IMG/VR virus record: IMGVR_UViG_3300049044_000033
Location: 158,796-222,795 of that record
Direction: 5' to 3' (one strand)
Length of the DNA stretch: 64,000 nucleotides
DNA from: a virus
Taxonomy: Duplodnaviria; Heunggongvirae; Uroviricota; Caudoviricetes
The notes beneath the pieces are model-generated. The model was given only the letters and a program-made list of their open reading frames with translations. It was not told the DNA's origin and did not search any database. Positions 51,702-60,015 of this stretch are shown here, piece by piece. Each line of letters begins with the position of its first letter. The stretch's first letter is position 1. Position numbers and translations under genes: made by a program.

Positions 51702-51877
51702 AAAAAGAGCCCCGATCTGTTTCCAGACCGGGGCCAGAGAGCGGGAGCAAGCTCAACCGCTACAGGAGATACTCAGGCTATTGTCACCCGCTATTGTCGG
51801 TAGGTCCGGGTCTTTCCACCCATTCCCTAAGAGCTTTTCGGCTCCGTTACCCTATCGTTGCGCGTTATCGTCGCCAC
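51702..51877 (-). ncRNA. Candidate ~175-nt sRNA
   Basis: TTGATT-16-TACAAA promoter; hairpins GAGC-CGAAAA-GCTC and GGGT..ACCC; terminator GCCCCGGTCTG-GAAA-CAGATCGGGGC-TCTTTTT. Confidence 0.6.
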
Positions 51878-51924
51878 ATCACCTTTGTAACACCGACAAA
51901 GATAGAATCAAGCACTTTTTCACC

Positions 51925-52128
51925 TTATGTGAAAGAATGTCGAGAAATATTTGCGAGGTGCAAGAGAACCTTATTGGTACCCTCTTCGGTGTTGCTGAGT
52001 TCGCGTGGCGTTCCGCCCAACGTTGCGGACACATGATCAATCCAATCGAGCGCCTTTGCTTCGTCGCCCAACACATCAGTGGCCTTGTCGATAATCTTCT
52101 GTAGATTGTTAGTCATGTGTTCCTCCAC
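51925..52128 (-). CDS. Xre/MbcA/ParS-type antitoxin C-terminal domain (orphan)
   Basis: ATDVLGDEAKALDWIDHVSATLGGTPRELSNTEEGTNKVLLHL fits the DUF2384 pattern. Confidence 0.7.
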   Translation of the reverse strand: MEEHMTNNLQKIIDKATDVLGDEAKALDWIDHVSATLGGTPRELSNTEEGTNKVLLHLANISRHSFT

Positions 52129-52232
52129 ATGCTGTTGTTTTTACCATTATAGCAGAAACACCTTTGGATTCCACTAAAGAAAAACGGCCCAGGATTCCTC
52201 CCAGGCCGTCCCCTCCTTATAACTCTGTTCCC

Positions 52233-52673
52233 TTAGGGGACCATACAAGCAGCCTGAAGGATGCCGATGCCCAGGGATACACCGCCGACGAAGACGCCGC
52301 TTGCCACACAGTTATCTTCGATTCGCTTCTCGATTTCCGGGAAGAGCTTGGCGAGGATAAAGAACGTCACAAGCTGAACGATGAGCACGACCACGCCCCA
52401 AAGCAACATATCCAGGATGTTGACCGAGTGGCTGATCACTACGCCCATTGGAATTGCGAAGCCGAGGAAACTGCCGACCAGCTGGGTAGCTGCCGCGTTG
52501 TTGCCGCCCTTGATCAGCGTGAGCTCCTTGTGGGGAGTGATCAGCACATAGAGGGCAATGAACGCTACCGCCATAACGGCCGCAATGCCGAAATAGCCGA
52601 GGAAGTGTGGAATCGCGTCGCCGAAATATTCGATCACTGGATTTGCGACCTTAGCCGCGGGAACTGCTGTCAT
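52233..52673 (-). CDS. DUF350 (YjfL-like) membrane protein
   Basis: ITPHKELTLIKGGNNAAA; GIGILQAACM. Confidence 0.85.
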   Translation of the reverse strand: MTAVPAAKVANPVIEYFGDAIPHFLGYFGIAAVMAVAFIALYVLITPHKELTLIKGGNNAAATQLVGSFLGFAIPMGVVISHSVNILDMLLWGVVVLIVQLVTFFILAKLFPEIEKRIEDNCVASGVFVGGVSLGIGILQAACMVP

Positions 52674-52684
52674 GATATTCTCCT

Positions 52685-53866
52685 TTAAGCTTCGGGCAGG
52701 AAGTAGTGGGGGATGAAGTGGCTCAGGTTACCCGTGACCTCACTAACATCTTCACGGATGCCCATACCCGAAGGGCGACCGCCGACAATCCAGCTACCGA
52801 TGATGGGCGTCATGCCATCAAACTTCGGAAGCGGGAGGTATTGCTGGTAGATTGGAGCAGCGAGGTCATCATAGCCGCGCTTCACACCTTCGGTGGAAAC
52901 CTGACCATCACGGATGACCTTCACATCAGCACCTTCGCGAGCCAGCATGGGCTTTTCAACGTAGGTGCCGCCCAGAGGGGTGCTGCTCCAGTAGCTGGGA
53001 AGAAGGTTTTCGTGACCCTCGTAGAGCTCCCAAAGGATGGGAAGGATGCCCTTGTTGCTGAGAATCAGCTTCCAAGCCGGCTCGAGAACGTCCCAGGGTT
53101 CCTTGATCATGTTCTTGCCGAACTCTTCGCGGATCAGCCATTCCCAGGGGTAGAGCTTGAAGATGGTGTTGATGGGCTTTTCGTTCAAATCCGTGAACGT
53201 GCGACCGTTCCAACCAATATCCTCGATATTGATATATTCGGTCTTGAGACCGGCCTGCTGAGCACAATCCCGGAGATATTCAGCCGTGCCGAAATCTTCC
53301 GAGTTTTCAGCGACCGCTGCGAAGAAGAAACGTTCGTCAGGTCCGAGCAGCTTTTCACCGACGTCCTTCATGACTTCGACCATGCGTTCGTGGATGCTGT
53401 TGAACTGATCCAGCGTCTGACCCGACCGCTTCGCATATTCTTCCATCCAGAACCACTGGACGACCGACGCTTCGAGCAGAGAAGTCGGAGTATCAGCGTT
53501 GAATTCCAACATCTTCGGCGTGCCGTTTGCGTCGAACGCGAAGTCGAAACGACCGTAGAGATCCAGGTCCTGTCGTTCCCAGGACTTCTTGATCAGGCCG
53601 TGATAGTCTGCCGGAATAGCGAGCCGGCTCATCATCTCCGGACCCTTCTCGACCACATAGTCGACGGCAGAGAGACACATGCGATAGAGGACTGTGCTAG
53701 CGTCCTCTACCTTTTCGATTTCCGACTGGGTGAATTCGTAGGCCACAGTCTCGTCCCAATACTTGGGATCCTGACCCGGCTCGGTCGCAAGCGTATGCCA
53801 GTTGAAGCCGACCTTTTCACATTCGGCTTGCCAATTCGGCCGCGCTTCGATCTGAATCCTTTTCAT
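52685..53866 (-). CDS. Glutathionylspermidine synthase-family ATP-grasp protein (YgiC/YjfC-like)
   Basis: LYGRFDF, MLEFNADTPTSLLEA, FKLYPWEW, LSNKGILPILW, KPMLAREGA; start re-assigned to MKRIQ. Confidence 0.92.
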   Translation of the reverse strand: MKRIQIEARPNWQAECEKVGFNWHTLATEPGQDPKYWDETVAYEFTQSEIEKVEDASTVLYRMCLSAVDYVVEKGPEMMSRLAIPADYHGLIKKSWERQDLDLYGRFDFAFDANGTPKMLEFNADTPTSLLEASVVQWFWMEEYAKRSGQTLDQFNSIHERMVEVMKDVGEKLLGPDERFFFAAVAENSEDFGTAEYLRDCAQQAGLKTEYINIEDIGWNGRTFTDLNEKPINTIFKLYPWEWLIREEFGKNMIKEPWDVLEPAWKLILSNKGILPILWELYEGHENLLPSYWSSTPLGGTYVEKPMLAREGADVKVIRDGQVSTEGVKRGYDDLAAPIYQQYLPLPKFDGMTPIIGSWIVGGRPSGMGIREDVSEVTGNLSHFIPHYFLPEA

Positions 53867-53931
53867 TTCAACTCCTGTTTCTGTTGTGTCCACATTACAA
53901 CATAGACACCTACAGTCAACCACTTTCTGGC

Positions 53932-54429
53932 TTATTGTGGCGTGCCCCGAGCGGTTGTGATTATCATACCTTCTTTCCAAATATCTGTGAAGACCCCTGG
54001 AACTTCACACGTGATATTTGTTCCCGTGCCTACCACATCGGCCGTAACGTAGGTACGACGGTTATTGGTATCCGGGTCGTTTACAATCATGCTGATAATC
54101 CGGATAGGACGAGATCCTTTACAGACTGCCTCTGGATCAATTGGCTGAAGCCATTCGGCCGGATTCTTGTAAACCGTTACCTCTTTGACCTTAGTGACAA
54201 CCTTGGGCGGTTCTTTGTATTTCTTAACCACTTCCTGTATCACGGTTTCCTTACGGGTAACCGGAAGCATATTGGCAATCAAGATACAGAGACCGATAAT
54301 GCTTCCAAGAGTCAAAGCCGTAAAGGCAACTAGCCGGAAGCTACGGGCATCCTTTGGCCACCAAATATAGCTCAGAGCCAAAATGACCAGAGCCAATCCG
54401 GGTAACAAAAGGACGCCCATAATGCTCAC
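53932..54429 (-). CDS. Hypothetical membrane protein
   Basis: Two N-terminal TM segments. Confidence 0.65.
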   Translation of the reverse strand: MSIMGVLLLPGLALVILALSYIWWPKDARSFRLVAFTALTLGSIIGLCILIANMLPVTRKETVIQEVVKKYKEPPKVVTKVKEVTVYKNPAEWLQPIDPEAVCKGSRPIRIISMIVNDPDTNNRRTYVTADVVGTGTNITCEVPGVFTDIWKEGMIITTARGTPQ

Positions 54430-54875
54430 TTAGTGGTTGTTTCAGTGGGCTTGGTTTCGGTGGTCTTAGGCTTATCCACAACATAGTGGGGACTAATGCC
54501 CACAGGGTTGAGACCAAGACGCTGGCCATATTCCTGCAAGCCGATACCTTCGGACCAGAGAATGCAGGTTGCTGCTGCGTTGGTGTAATAGAGGGTCTGT
54601 GAACCGAAAGTAGTCACCGACGTACCTTCGCGATACACTCGAACTCCGGCTCGATCAGCTTCAGGAGTCAGAAGCCTCGAACGAAGATCGCCGACAAGCT
54701 CGTCAGAACCAGGATACATACCGAGATCAGACGCCGGGATACAGCGGAATGCCTTATCGCCGATTGAGATCGCCTGAACGTCGACCTTCTGGGTCTGGCT
54801 CTGGGATGGAGACTGAGCGCAAGCGGACAATAGAAGTCCGCTTGCGATCGCCGAGAGGGAAAAGAACCGAATCAT
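54426..54875 (-). CDS. Putative lipoprotein
   Basis: Lipobox LLSAC. Confidence 0.7.
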   Translation of the reverse strand: MIRFFSLSAIASGLLLSACAQSPSQSQTQKVDVQAISIGDKAFRCIPASDLGMYPGSDELVGDLRSRLLTPEADRAGVRVYREGTSVTTFGSQTLYYTNAAATCILWSEGIGLQEYGQRLGLNPVGISPHYVVDKPKTTETKPTETTTK

Positions 54876-55648
54876 CCGCCGAAGCCGCCGCCGAAGGAAC
54901 GACCCGAGCCGCCGAAGCCGCCGCGCGAGCTGAACGAGCTGCTACCCGAGTAGGACTTGCCGCTTGAAACACTGCTGCCCGAGTAGCTGGAACCGGACGA
55001 GAACGTCGAGCGACCAAAGCTGCTGGGGTTGTTTGCCGCATAGCTAGACTTGAAGGAAGTCGAAGGCTTAAACGAGGTACCAAAACCACCACGCTCCGAA
55101 GCCGGCGGAGTCATAGCCGTCGAGCTCTTCAGCGAGCCCTTGGTCGAGATGCCGGGCTTGGAGCTCACATAAGGCGCCTTGCCGATGGGAGCCGAACGAG
55201 AATAGCCGCGGCCGCTCGAATAAATCGGAGCACTGTAGCCGGAGCCATAACGTTCACGATCGCGATAGCTGCCCGGGCCGTAGTAGAGGGGAGCCGGCGT
55301 CGACATTGCGCTGCCCAGCATATAACCGGCCATCAGCGGAAGGAAGACGTTGCTCGAGCCGCCATATTCGGAAGCCGGACGGCACATGTCTGCACCATAT
55401 TCGGCCACACATGCTTCGCGAGTATTATACTTGGGTGCGTTTGCGACGTGTTCCTGACGAGCCAACTTGTCAGCCGCATCGCAGGTGTCTTGATCGTAAA
55501 CCGCGACGCATTCTGCCTTATTGGCAAAAGTGCCGCCGGTATCGGGCTGGGTCGTGGACGTCGTCGGTGCTTCGCCGCAAGCCGACAGCGCCGCCATTGC
55601 GCTCACACTGGCCATCAAGACCAATGATACGCTTGCGCTACGCTTCAT
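54872..55648 (-). CDS. DUF1190 (YgiB/YjfM-like) lipoprotein
   Basis: LSAC lipobox; APKYNTREACVAEYGADMC; FLPLMAGYMLG; RGGFG C-terminus. Confidence 0.85.
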   Translation of the reverse strand: MKRSASVSLVLMASVSAMAALSACGEAPTTSTTQPDTGGTFANKAECVAVYDQDTCDAADKLARQEHVANAPKYNTREACVAEYGADMCRPASEYGGSSNVFLPLMAGYMLGSAMSTPAPLYYGPGSYRDRERYGSGYSAPIYSSGRGYSRSAPIGKAPYVSSKPGISTKGSLKSSTAMTPPASERGGFGTSFKPSTSFKSSYAANNPSSFGRSTFSSGSSYSGSSVSSGKSYSGSSSFSSRGGFGGSGRSFGGGFGG

Positions 55649-55712
55649 AAACTAGTTTCCCTCTCGGTTGAGTAACATGAGGAATTCCGTTTGCTGGCTT
55701 TTGGGTAGTTTG

Positions 55713-55946
55713 TCAACCATTTTTTGGTTGGAAATCCACAACAATAAGGTTGTCGATTTCCTCAATGATTCGGGGTGTGTCTTCCGACAAATCCTCTTCT
55801 TCTATTCCTAGATCAAGGTGTAATAGAAGAGATTCCGCAAGTTCTGCAACAGTTGTATTATGTTCCCCATTGCAGAGAAAATAATCCAAAGCGAGCAAGA
55901 TAATATCCAGCTCTTCTAGTGTCAAATCGTTGATATTATGTTTCAT
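55713..55946 (-). CDS. Acidic hypothetical protein
   Basis: Ends IVVDFQPK. Confidence 0.6.
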   Translation of the reverse strand: MKHNINDLTLEELDIILLALDYFLCNGEHNTTVAELAESLLLHLDLGIEEEDLSEDTPRIIEEIDNLIVVDFQPKNG

Positions 55947-56012
55947 TAGCTCACCAAAGTGGGGAGAAGTTTCCTCCTCCCCACTATAGCAGAATAGGTG
56001 AGTTAGAGCAAA

Positions 56013-56864
56013 TTAACCCTGCCAACCCTTAGGTGGCTTGCAGCCTACCCCTGCAAAGGCTGAGGGAAATTCATTGAGATGACGAACTTCCTTCTTCACT
56101 ACTTGAATGCCACGCTTCTCGAGATTGCGACGGCTATCGTAGAAGAGTTCCATTGTGGCTACAATCTGATCACGCTTGAAATCTTCCAAGGTGGTCTTGA
56201 ACTCGCTCTTCTCACCAAAGCCTGCACCCATTTCAAATGAGTTCTCAATAGGCGCTGGATTGCTCACAATGCCATCAGATGCCGTAGAAGTAGCAGTCGC
56301 TGAAAGAGTAGCCGAGGTAGCCGAAGACCTCATTACACTGCCGATTGGGCTATTATATAGGGCACCATCTCCTACCGTCACAGTATCCGACCATGTGGGA
56401 CCCCATGGGTTGCTAGGGAAGGCTGGACCTTTTGGATAGGAATGTTGACCATGGTAGATGTGTTGGACTACTGGCTTCTCATTATAGACCAATACGCCAA
56501 TTACACCAGTGATTACTTCTTCACCTGCTTCAGCCGTCTGTGCGCTGTAGGACTTTTCTTTGTCCTCAAAGGTAAACTTTGCCACATTGCCCTGATCAAG
56601 TGTCCAACCTGGAATACGGATCGAACCCCAAGGGCGAACGATATAGCCCTTGCTGTCAGGGGTCGCACGTTCACCATCTAGAACGCTCTTGCCGTCAACG
56701 CTAGGAATGACTAGAACCTTCTGGCTTGACTTGTTCTTGAACTCAAGTTCAAACTCAGAGCCTTTACGCCCTTCAATGAAGATCCTGCCTTCGTGGTTAT
56801 ATTCGGTGATTGGCTTTCCGCCAATGAGGATGTTGAGCTCATAGGCTCGCGAGTTATTAAACAT
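56013..56864 (-). CDS. Hypothetical protein
   Basis: 283 aa; FIEGRKGSEF...SVDGKSVLDG. Confidence 0.75.
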   Translation of the reverse strand: MFNNSRAYELNILIGGKPITEYNHEGRIFIEGRKGSEFELEFKNKSSQKVLVIPSVDGKSVLDGERATPDSKGYIVRPWGSIRIPGWTLDQGNVAKFTFEDKEKSYSAQTAEAGEEVITGVIGVLVYNEKPVVQHIYHGQHSYPKGPAFPSNPWGPTWSDTVTVGDGALYNSPIGSVMRSSATSATLSATATSTASDGIVSNPAPIENSFEMGAGFGEKSEFKTTLEDFKRDQIVATMELFYDSRRNLEKRGIQVVKKEVRHLNEFPSAFAGVGCKPPKGWQG

Positions 56865-56954
56865 ATTTCTCTCCTTTTCGGGACTTCTGCTTGCCTACGC
56901 GCAAGACTCCTGCCCGACTAACACCCACTCAGAGTAGGGTGGTTTCACTCAGCT

Positions 56955-57320
56955 CTATTTAGCCAGAGCCAAAGCCACAATGAGCACATAAGTTGCCTGA
57001 TGGGCTAATTGATCCAACCCAACAGCATTCCAGAACGATTTGTCCTTAGCAGACCAACACATCCACCTATTGACCTTCATTTTCAAGTAGTCAATGTGGT
57101 AATGGATCATTGTATCTAGCACAAATGCCTGAGGTGCAATCTCTTCTAAGCCAAACAAACCTAAGACGATTACAGTTCCACAGCCATGAATGATAGCATG
57201 ATGGATCCCACCCTCTTCAAAGTAGGTTCCTTTCTCCTCCAACATATATTTGAGTTGGAGGGGATAGTCACATATGAAGTGTTTGACTAGAAAGGCAGAC
57301 ATCAACCAAAGTGCTAACAT
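56955..57320 (-). CDS. DUF3307 membrane protein
   Basis: HFICDYPLQ, HAIIHG, HYHIDYLK, GLDQLAH. Confidence 0.82.
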   Translation of the reverse strand: MLALWLMSAFLVKHFICDYPLQLKYMLEEKGTYFEEGGIHHAIIHGCGTVIVLGLFGLEEIAPQAFVLDTMIHYHIDYLKMKVNRWMCWSAKDKSFWNAVGLDQLAHQATYVLIVALALAK

Positions 57321-57339
57321 AGAGCTAGCCTATGGAAGA

Positions 57340-57792
57340 TTAGTTCTGTTTGTCTATATCTTTCACATCATCCTGTTTGCTTAGGAGCAAGGGCAGAATG
57401 GCAAAGATGATCGCGAGGGCAACCATGATCTTTGTCGGATTGTTTTTCGCACTAGCAGCGGCTGCGCTGATTACGAAGAAAGCCAAGATAGAAGTAGAAA
57501 CGGGCCGGAGACGAAAATAGGTCTCTACCTTATCGAGTAGATTCTTGTCCTTCTCGATAGAAACAGCAATCGCCTTTTCCTCATCCGTCTGAACGCCCTC
57601 AGGGTTCTCCTTAGTGCGGTTCTGGGGGTTCAGAGGATCATACTGCATCCTGTTAAGCTGGCAGTGTAGTGACGCTACAAGACGCCGGAAGGGATAGAAG
57701 CGAAGCAAGAAGAGCTCATACTTTTTCAGTAGGCTCTTCTTGGTCTCTTCTACCCTATTGGCAATTTCATCAAGAAACGTCTGAGGTTTCAT
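57340..57792 (-). CDS. Hypothetical membrane protein
   Basis: Two C-terminal TM segments. Confidence 0.6.
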   Translation of the reverse strand: MKPQTFLDEIANRVEETKKSLLKKYELFLLRFYPFRRLVASLHCQLNRMQYDPLNPQNRTKENPEGVQTDEEKAIAVSIEKDKNLLDKVETYFRLRPVSTSILAFFVISAAAASAKNNPTKIMVALAIIFAILPLLLSKQDDVKDIDKQN

Positions 57793-58360
57793 CGAGAATC
57801 TTTTTCACCTTTGCTACAACTCGCTTCATACGTTCATCGGGCAAAAGTGCTGCTTCGTCAAGTGATTTCCACTCAACTGCGAAAACTTCCTCTTCTTGTG
57901 CCTTGAGCTCAACCTCTTCCATCGCAATGCCAAGGTAGAGGAAATCATGATGGTAATGCTCGACTTCAAACCGAGTTGGTCGGGCAGGAATCAGATGCGT
58001 GTCAACATCAAGCGCGACAAAGTCCTCATGTCTCAACCAATCCACCTTGTCCTCAGGGAAACCAGTTTCCTCAGTGAGTTCACGTAGAGCGGAAATCCTC
58101 AAAGGAACATCACCCTCGTAGTGACCACCGGGGCAAAGCCACTTATTAAGACCCTTGTGATGAATCATCAGGATCTTAGTCTTGTCCGGGCTGAGGAGCA
58201 TGAACGAGCTAGTCGCATGACCGGGGTAGGTTTTGCGATTCCTCAAATCATGACCTTCGTCAATCTGTCGCTTGAGTAGGTTGAACTCTTGCGAGTCTAG
58301 CTGGCCTGTTGAGATCAGATACTGCTGAAGGTGCAGACCAACCAAGTGAGTATAGTTCAA
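57770..58360 (-). CDS. NUDIX hydrolase
   Basis: PGGHYEGD...ALRELTEETG Nudix box; HHDFLY. Confidence 0.87.
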   Translation of the reverse strand: MNYTHLVGLHLQQYLISTGQLDSQEFNLLKRQIDEGHDLRNRKTYPGHATSSFMLLSPDKTKILMIHHKGLNKWLCPGGHYEGDVPLRISALRELTEETGFPEDKVDWLRHEDFVALDVDTHLIPARPTRFEVEHYHHDFLYLGIAMEEVELKAQEEEVFAVEWKSLDEAALLPDERMKRVVAKVKKILDETSDVS

Positions 58361-58496
58361 GGCACAACCCCAAGCTGGGCAAGAATGTTAACTGCGACCT
58401 GGCGCTCTAGGGCAATCTGATCAGCTGTCGGATGCTCAGTGAATCGAGCAAGGTTGAACTTGAGGATCAGGGCTACTTTTCGTTCGTATTCTGACA

Positions 58497-58790
58497 TCAC
58501 GCAATCTCAGCAATCGTCTTCAGAGGATGCTTATACTGACGAGCAGCCGTGTTGGTTTCGTAAACCTTCTGCTCGGCTACTTCCTTGGTATAAGTGCCCG
58601 CAACACCACGACCTTGATTGTGGACGGCCTGTGTGAGTTCAAAAGCTTCTGCAGCAGATTTGCCGAAAATGTCGGTGAGAACGCGGATTACAAATTCCAT
58701 TGGAGTGAAGTCGTCGTTCAGCAAGACAACCTTATAAAGGCTTGGAACCTTCAGCTTGGTAGTTGTCTGCGTTTCAAGTGCGGTGCTCAT
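58497..58790 (-). CDS. clpS: ATP-dependent Clp protease adaptor ClpS
   Basis: YKVVLLNDDFTPMEFV...VHNQGRGVAG...AE.KV...HPL. Confidence 0.92.
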   Translation of the reverse strand: MSTALETQTTTKLKVPSLYKVVLLNDDFTPMEFVIRVLTDIFGKSAAEAFELTQAVHNQGRGVAGTYTKEVAEQKVYETNTAARQYKHPLKTIAEIA

Positions 58791-58836
58791 TGGGGTCTCC
58801 TTATTTCCACCTTATATAGCGGTGTAGATCAGGTAG

Positions 58837-59718
58837 TCAACATCCAAGGCGTTGGTTGTTGATATGATCATTGAATGTTGGGAAGGTAAACGGATACTCG
58901 AGGGTTTTGAGCCAAGCCATGAAGTCATTCCAATTAGCTTGACTCCTCAGAGCATGTGGAAGTTCATGTTCCTCATAGTCGCTGATATCACCTTCATGAT
59001 CAAAGTGAATTTCAGTATGACAGCTGGGACAGAGAACTATACAGCCCATAATATCAACGAGCTTAGTATAGACCTTGCGAGTGAACTTTTCCGGTTCATA
59101 AAAGTTTGTAGAGCTGAAAAGCTTACTAGGATCAGGTCCTTCTTTGTTGAGGGACTGACGATTCGAAAAAGCCATATGATGAAGCTGACCCAGCCATCGA
59201 AGCTTACCAGAGCGACGGCTTGGAATATCTTCAACCCCTCTACCACAGCAGCCGCAGGTGACTTTGGTTGTTTCGCTTCCCATGATGAATCGGCGCAAAA
59301 CTTTCAGACTACCTGCTTTATTGTTCTGAATAGTAACCTTACGAACTGCTTCCTTTTGAGCTTTTAACATCGGGTCGAAACGTATATAACCCTTCTTGCC
59401 ATCATAGCGATGATGGAAGCGAGTGATGTGAGCAAATACTTCTTCATCCTGATAAGGAACAACTCGAAAAAACTCAACCTCACTGATACGATCTAGTGAA
59501 ATGCCTTTCTTCTTACCAGAGGTGTCATAATCAACTACCTGCCTCGCCAGTGATTCCATATAATCATAAGCATCCTCACCCTGGCTTACTGGTAGATTCC
59601 TAGGGCCATACCAAACACTTTCCACCTCTTTGTAGAGAGCCATGCGAGTAGTGGTATGACGGACAAGGCCACGAGCTTCTAGTTCGTGCGCTTTGAACGC
59701 ATCTTGTATTGTTGTCAT
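58837..59718 (-). CDS. HNH-like zinc-binding protein
   Basis: CGCCG...LHH...CIVLCPSCHTEIH. Confidence 0.6.
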   Translation of the reverse strand: MTTIQDAFKAHELEARGLVRHTTTRMALYKEVESVWYGPRNLPVSQGEDAYDYMESLARQVVDYDTSGKKKGISLDRISEVEFFRVVPYQDEEVFAHITRFHHRYDGKKGYIRFDPMLKAQKEAVRKVTIQNNKAGSLKVLRRFIMGSETTKVTCGCCGRGVEDIPSRRSGKLRWLGQLHHMAFSNRQSLNKEGPDPSKLFSSTNFYEPEKFTRKVYTKLVDIMGCIVLCPSCHTEIHFDHEGDISDYEEHELPHALRSQANWNDFMAWLKTLEYPFTFPTFNDHINNQRLGC

Positions 59719-59817
59719 TTACGTCCCCTTGGGATCTATCTTGGCGGCTTTTACCGCGTTATCTTATTGGACGCTTATACGAAGACGTTCACCTGTTTTC
59801 AATATTTAGGTGAAAAG

Positions 59818-59845
59818 AAAGGGCAGCATTTCTGCTGCCCTTTGG
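59818..59845. terminator. Terminator
   Basis: AAAGGGCAGCA-TTTC-TGCTGCCCTTT. Confidence 0.75.
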
Positions 59846-60015
59846 GAAGATCTAAGATGCGCCTTGCTCCCAGCAAGCCCGTTTAACACCGCGCTTTGTG
59901 TTACACATCTTCCAATGTGGTTGCGCTCTCCCGAAGCCCGAGCACCGGGGAGGGGAAACGGGACCCTCCGCTAACCTTTGATTTGACTCTATGGTTAGCG
60001 GAGGGCGTTTGTCAA

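Noticed and set aside
51702..51877. Glycine or cobalamin riboswitch
   Set aside because: Only fragmentary motif matches, wrong orientation for the glycine-like part, and a constitutive terminator with no downstream leader
52706..53905. 399-aa plus-strand ORF
   Set aside because: Antisense shadow of the GC-rich GspS-family gene; similar shadows occur over serS, 38849..40423 and 49954..51645
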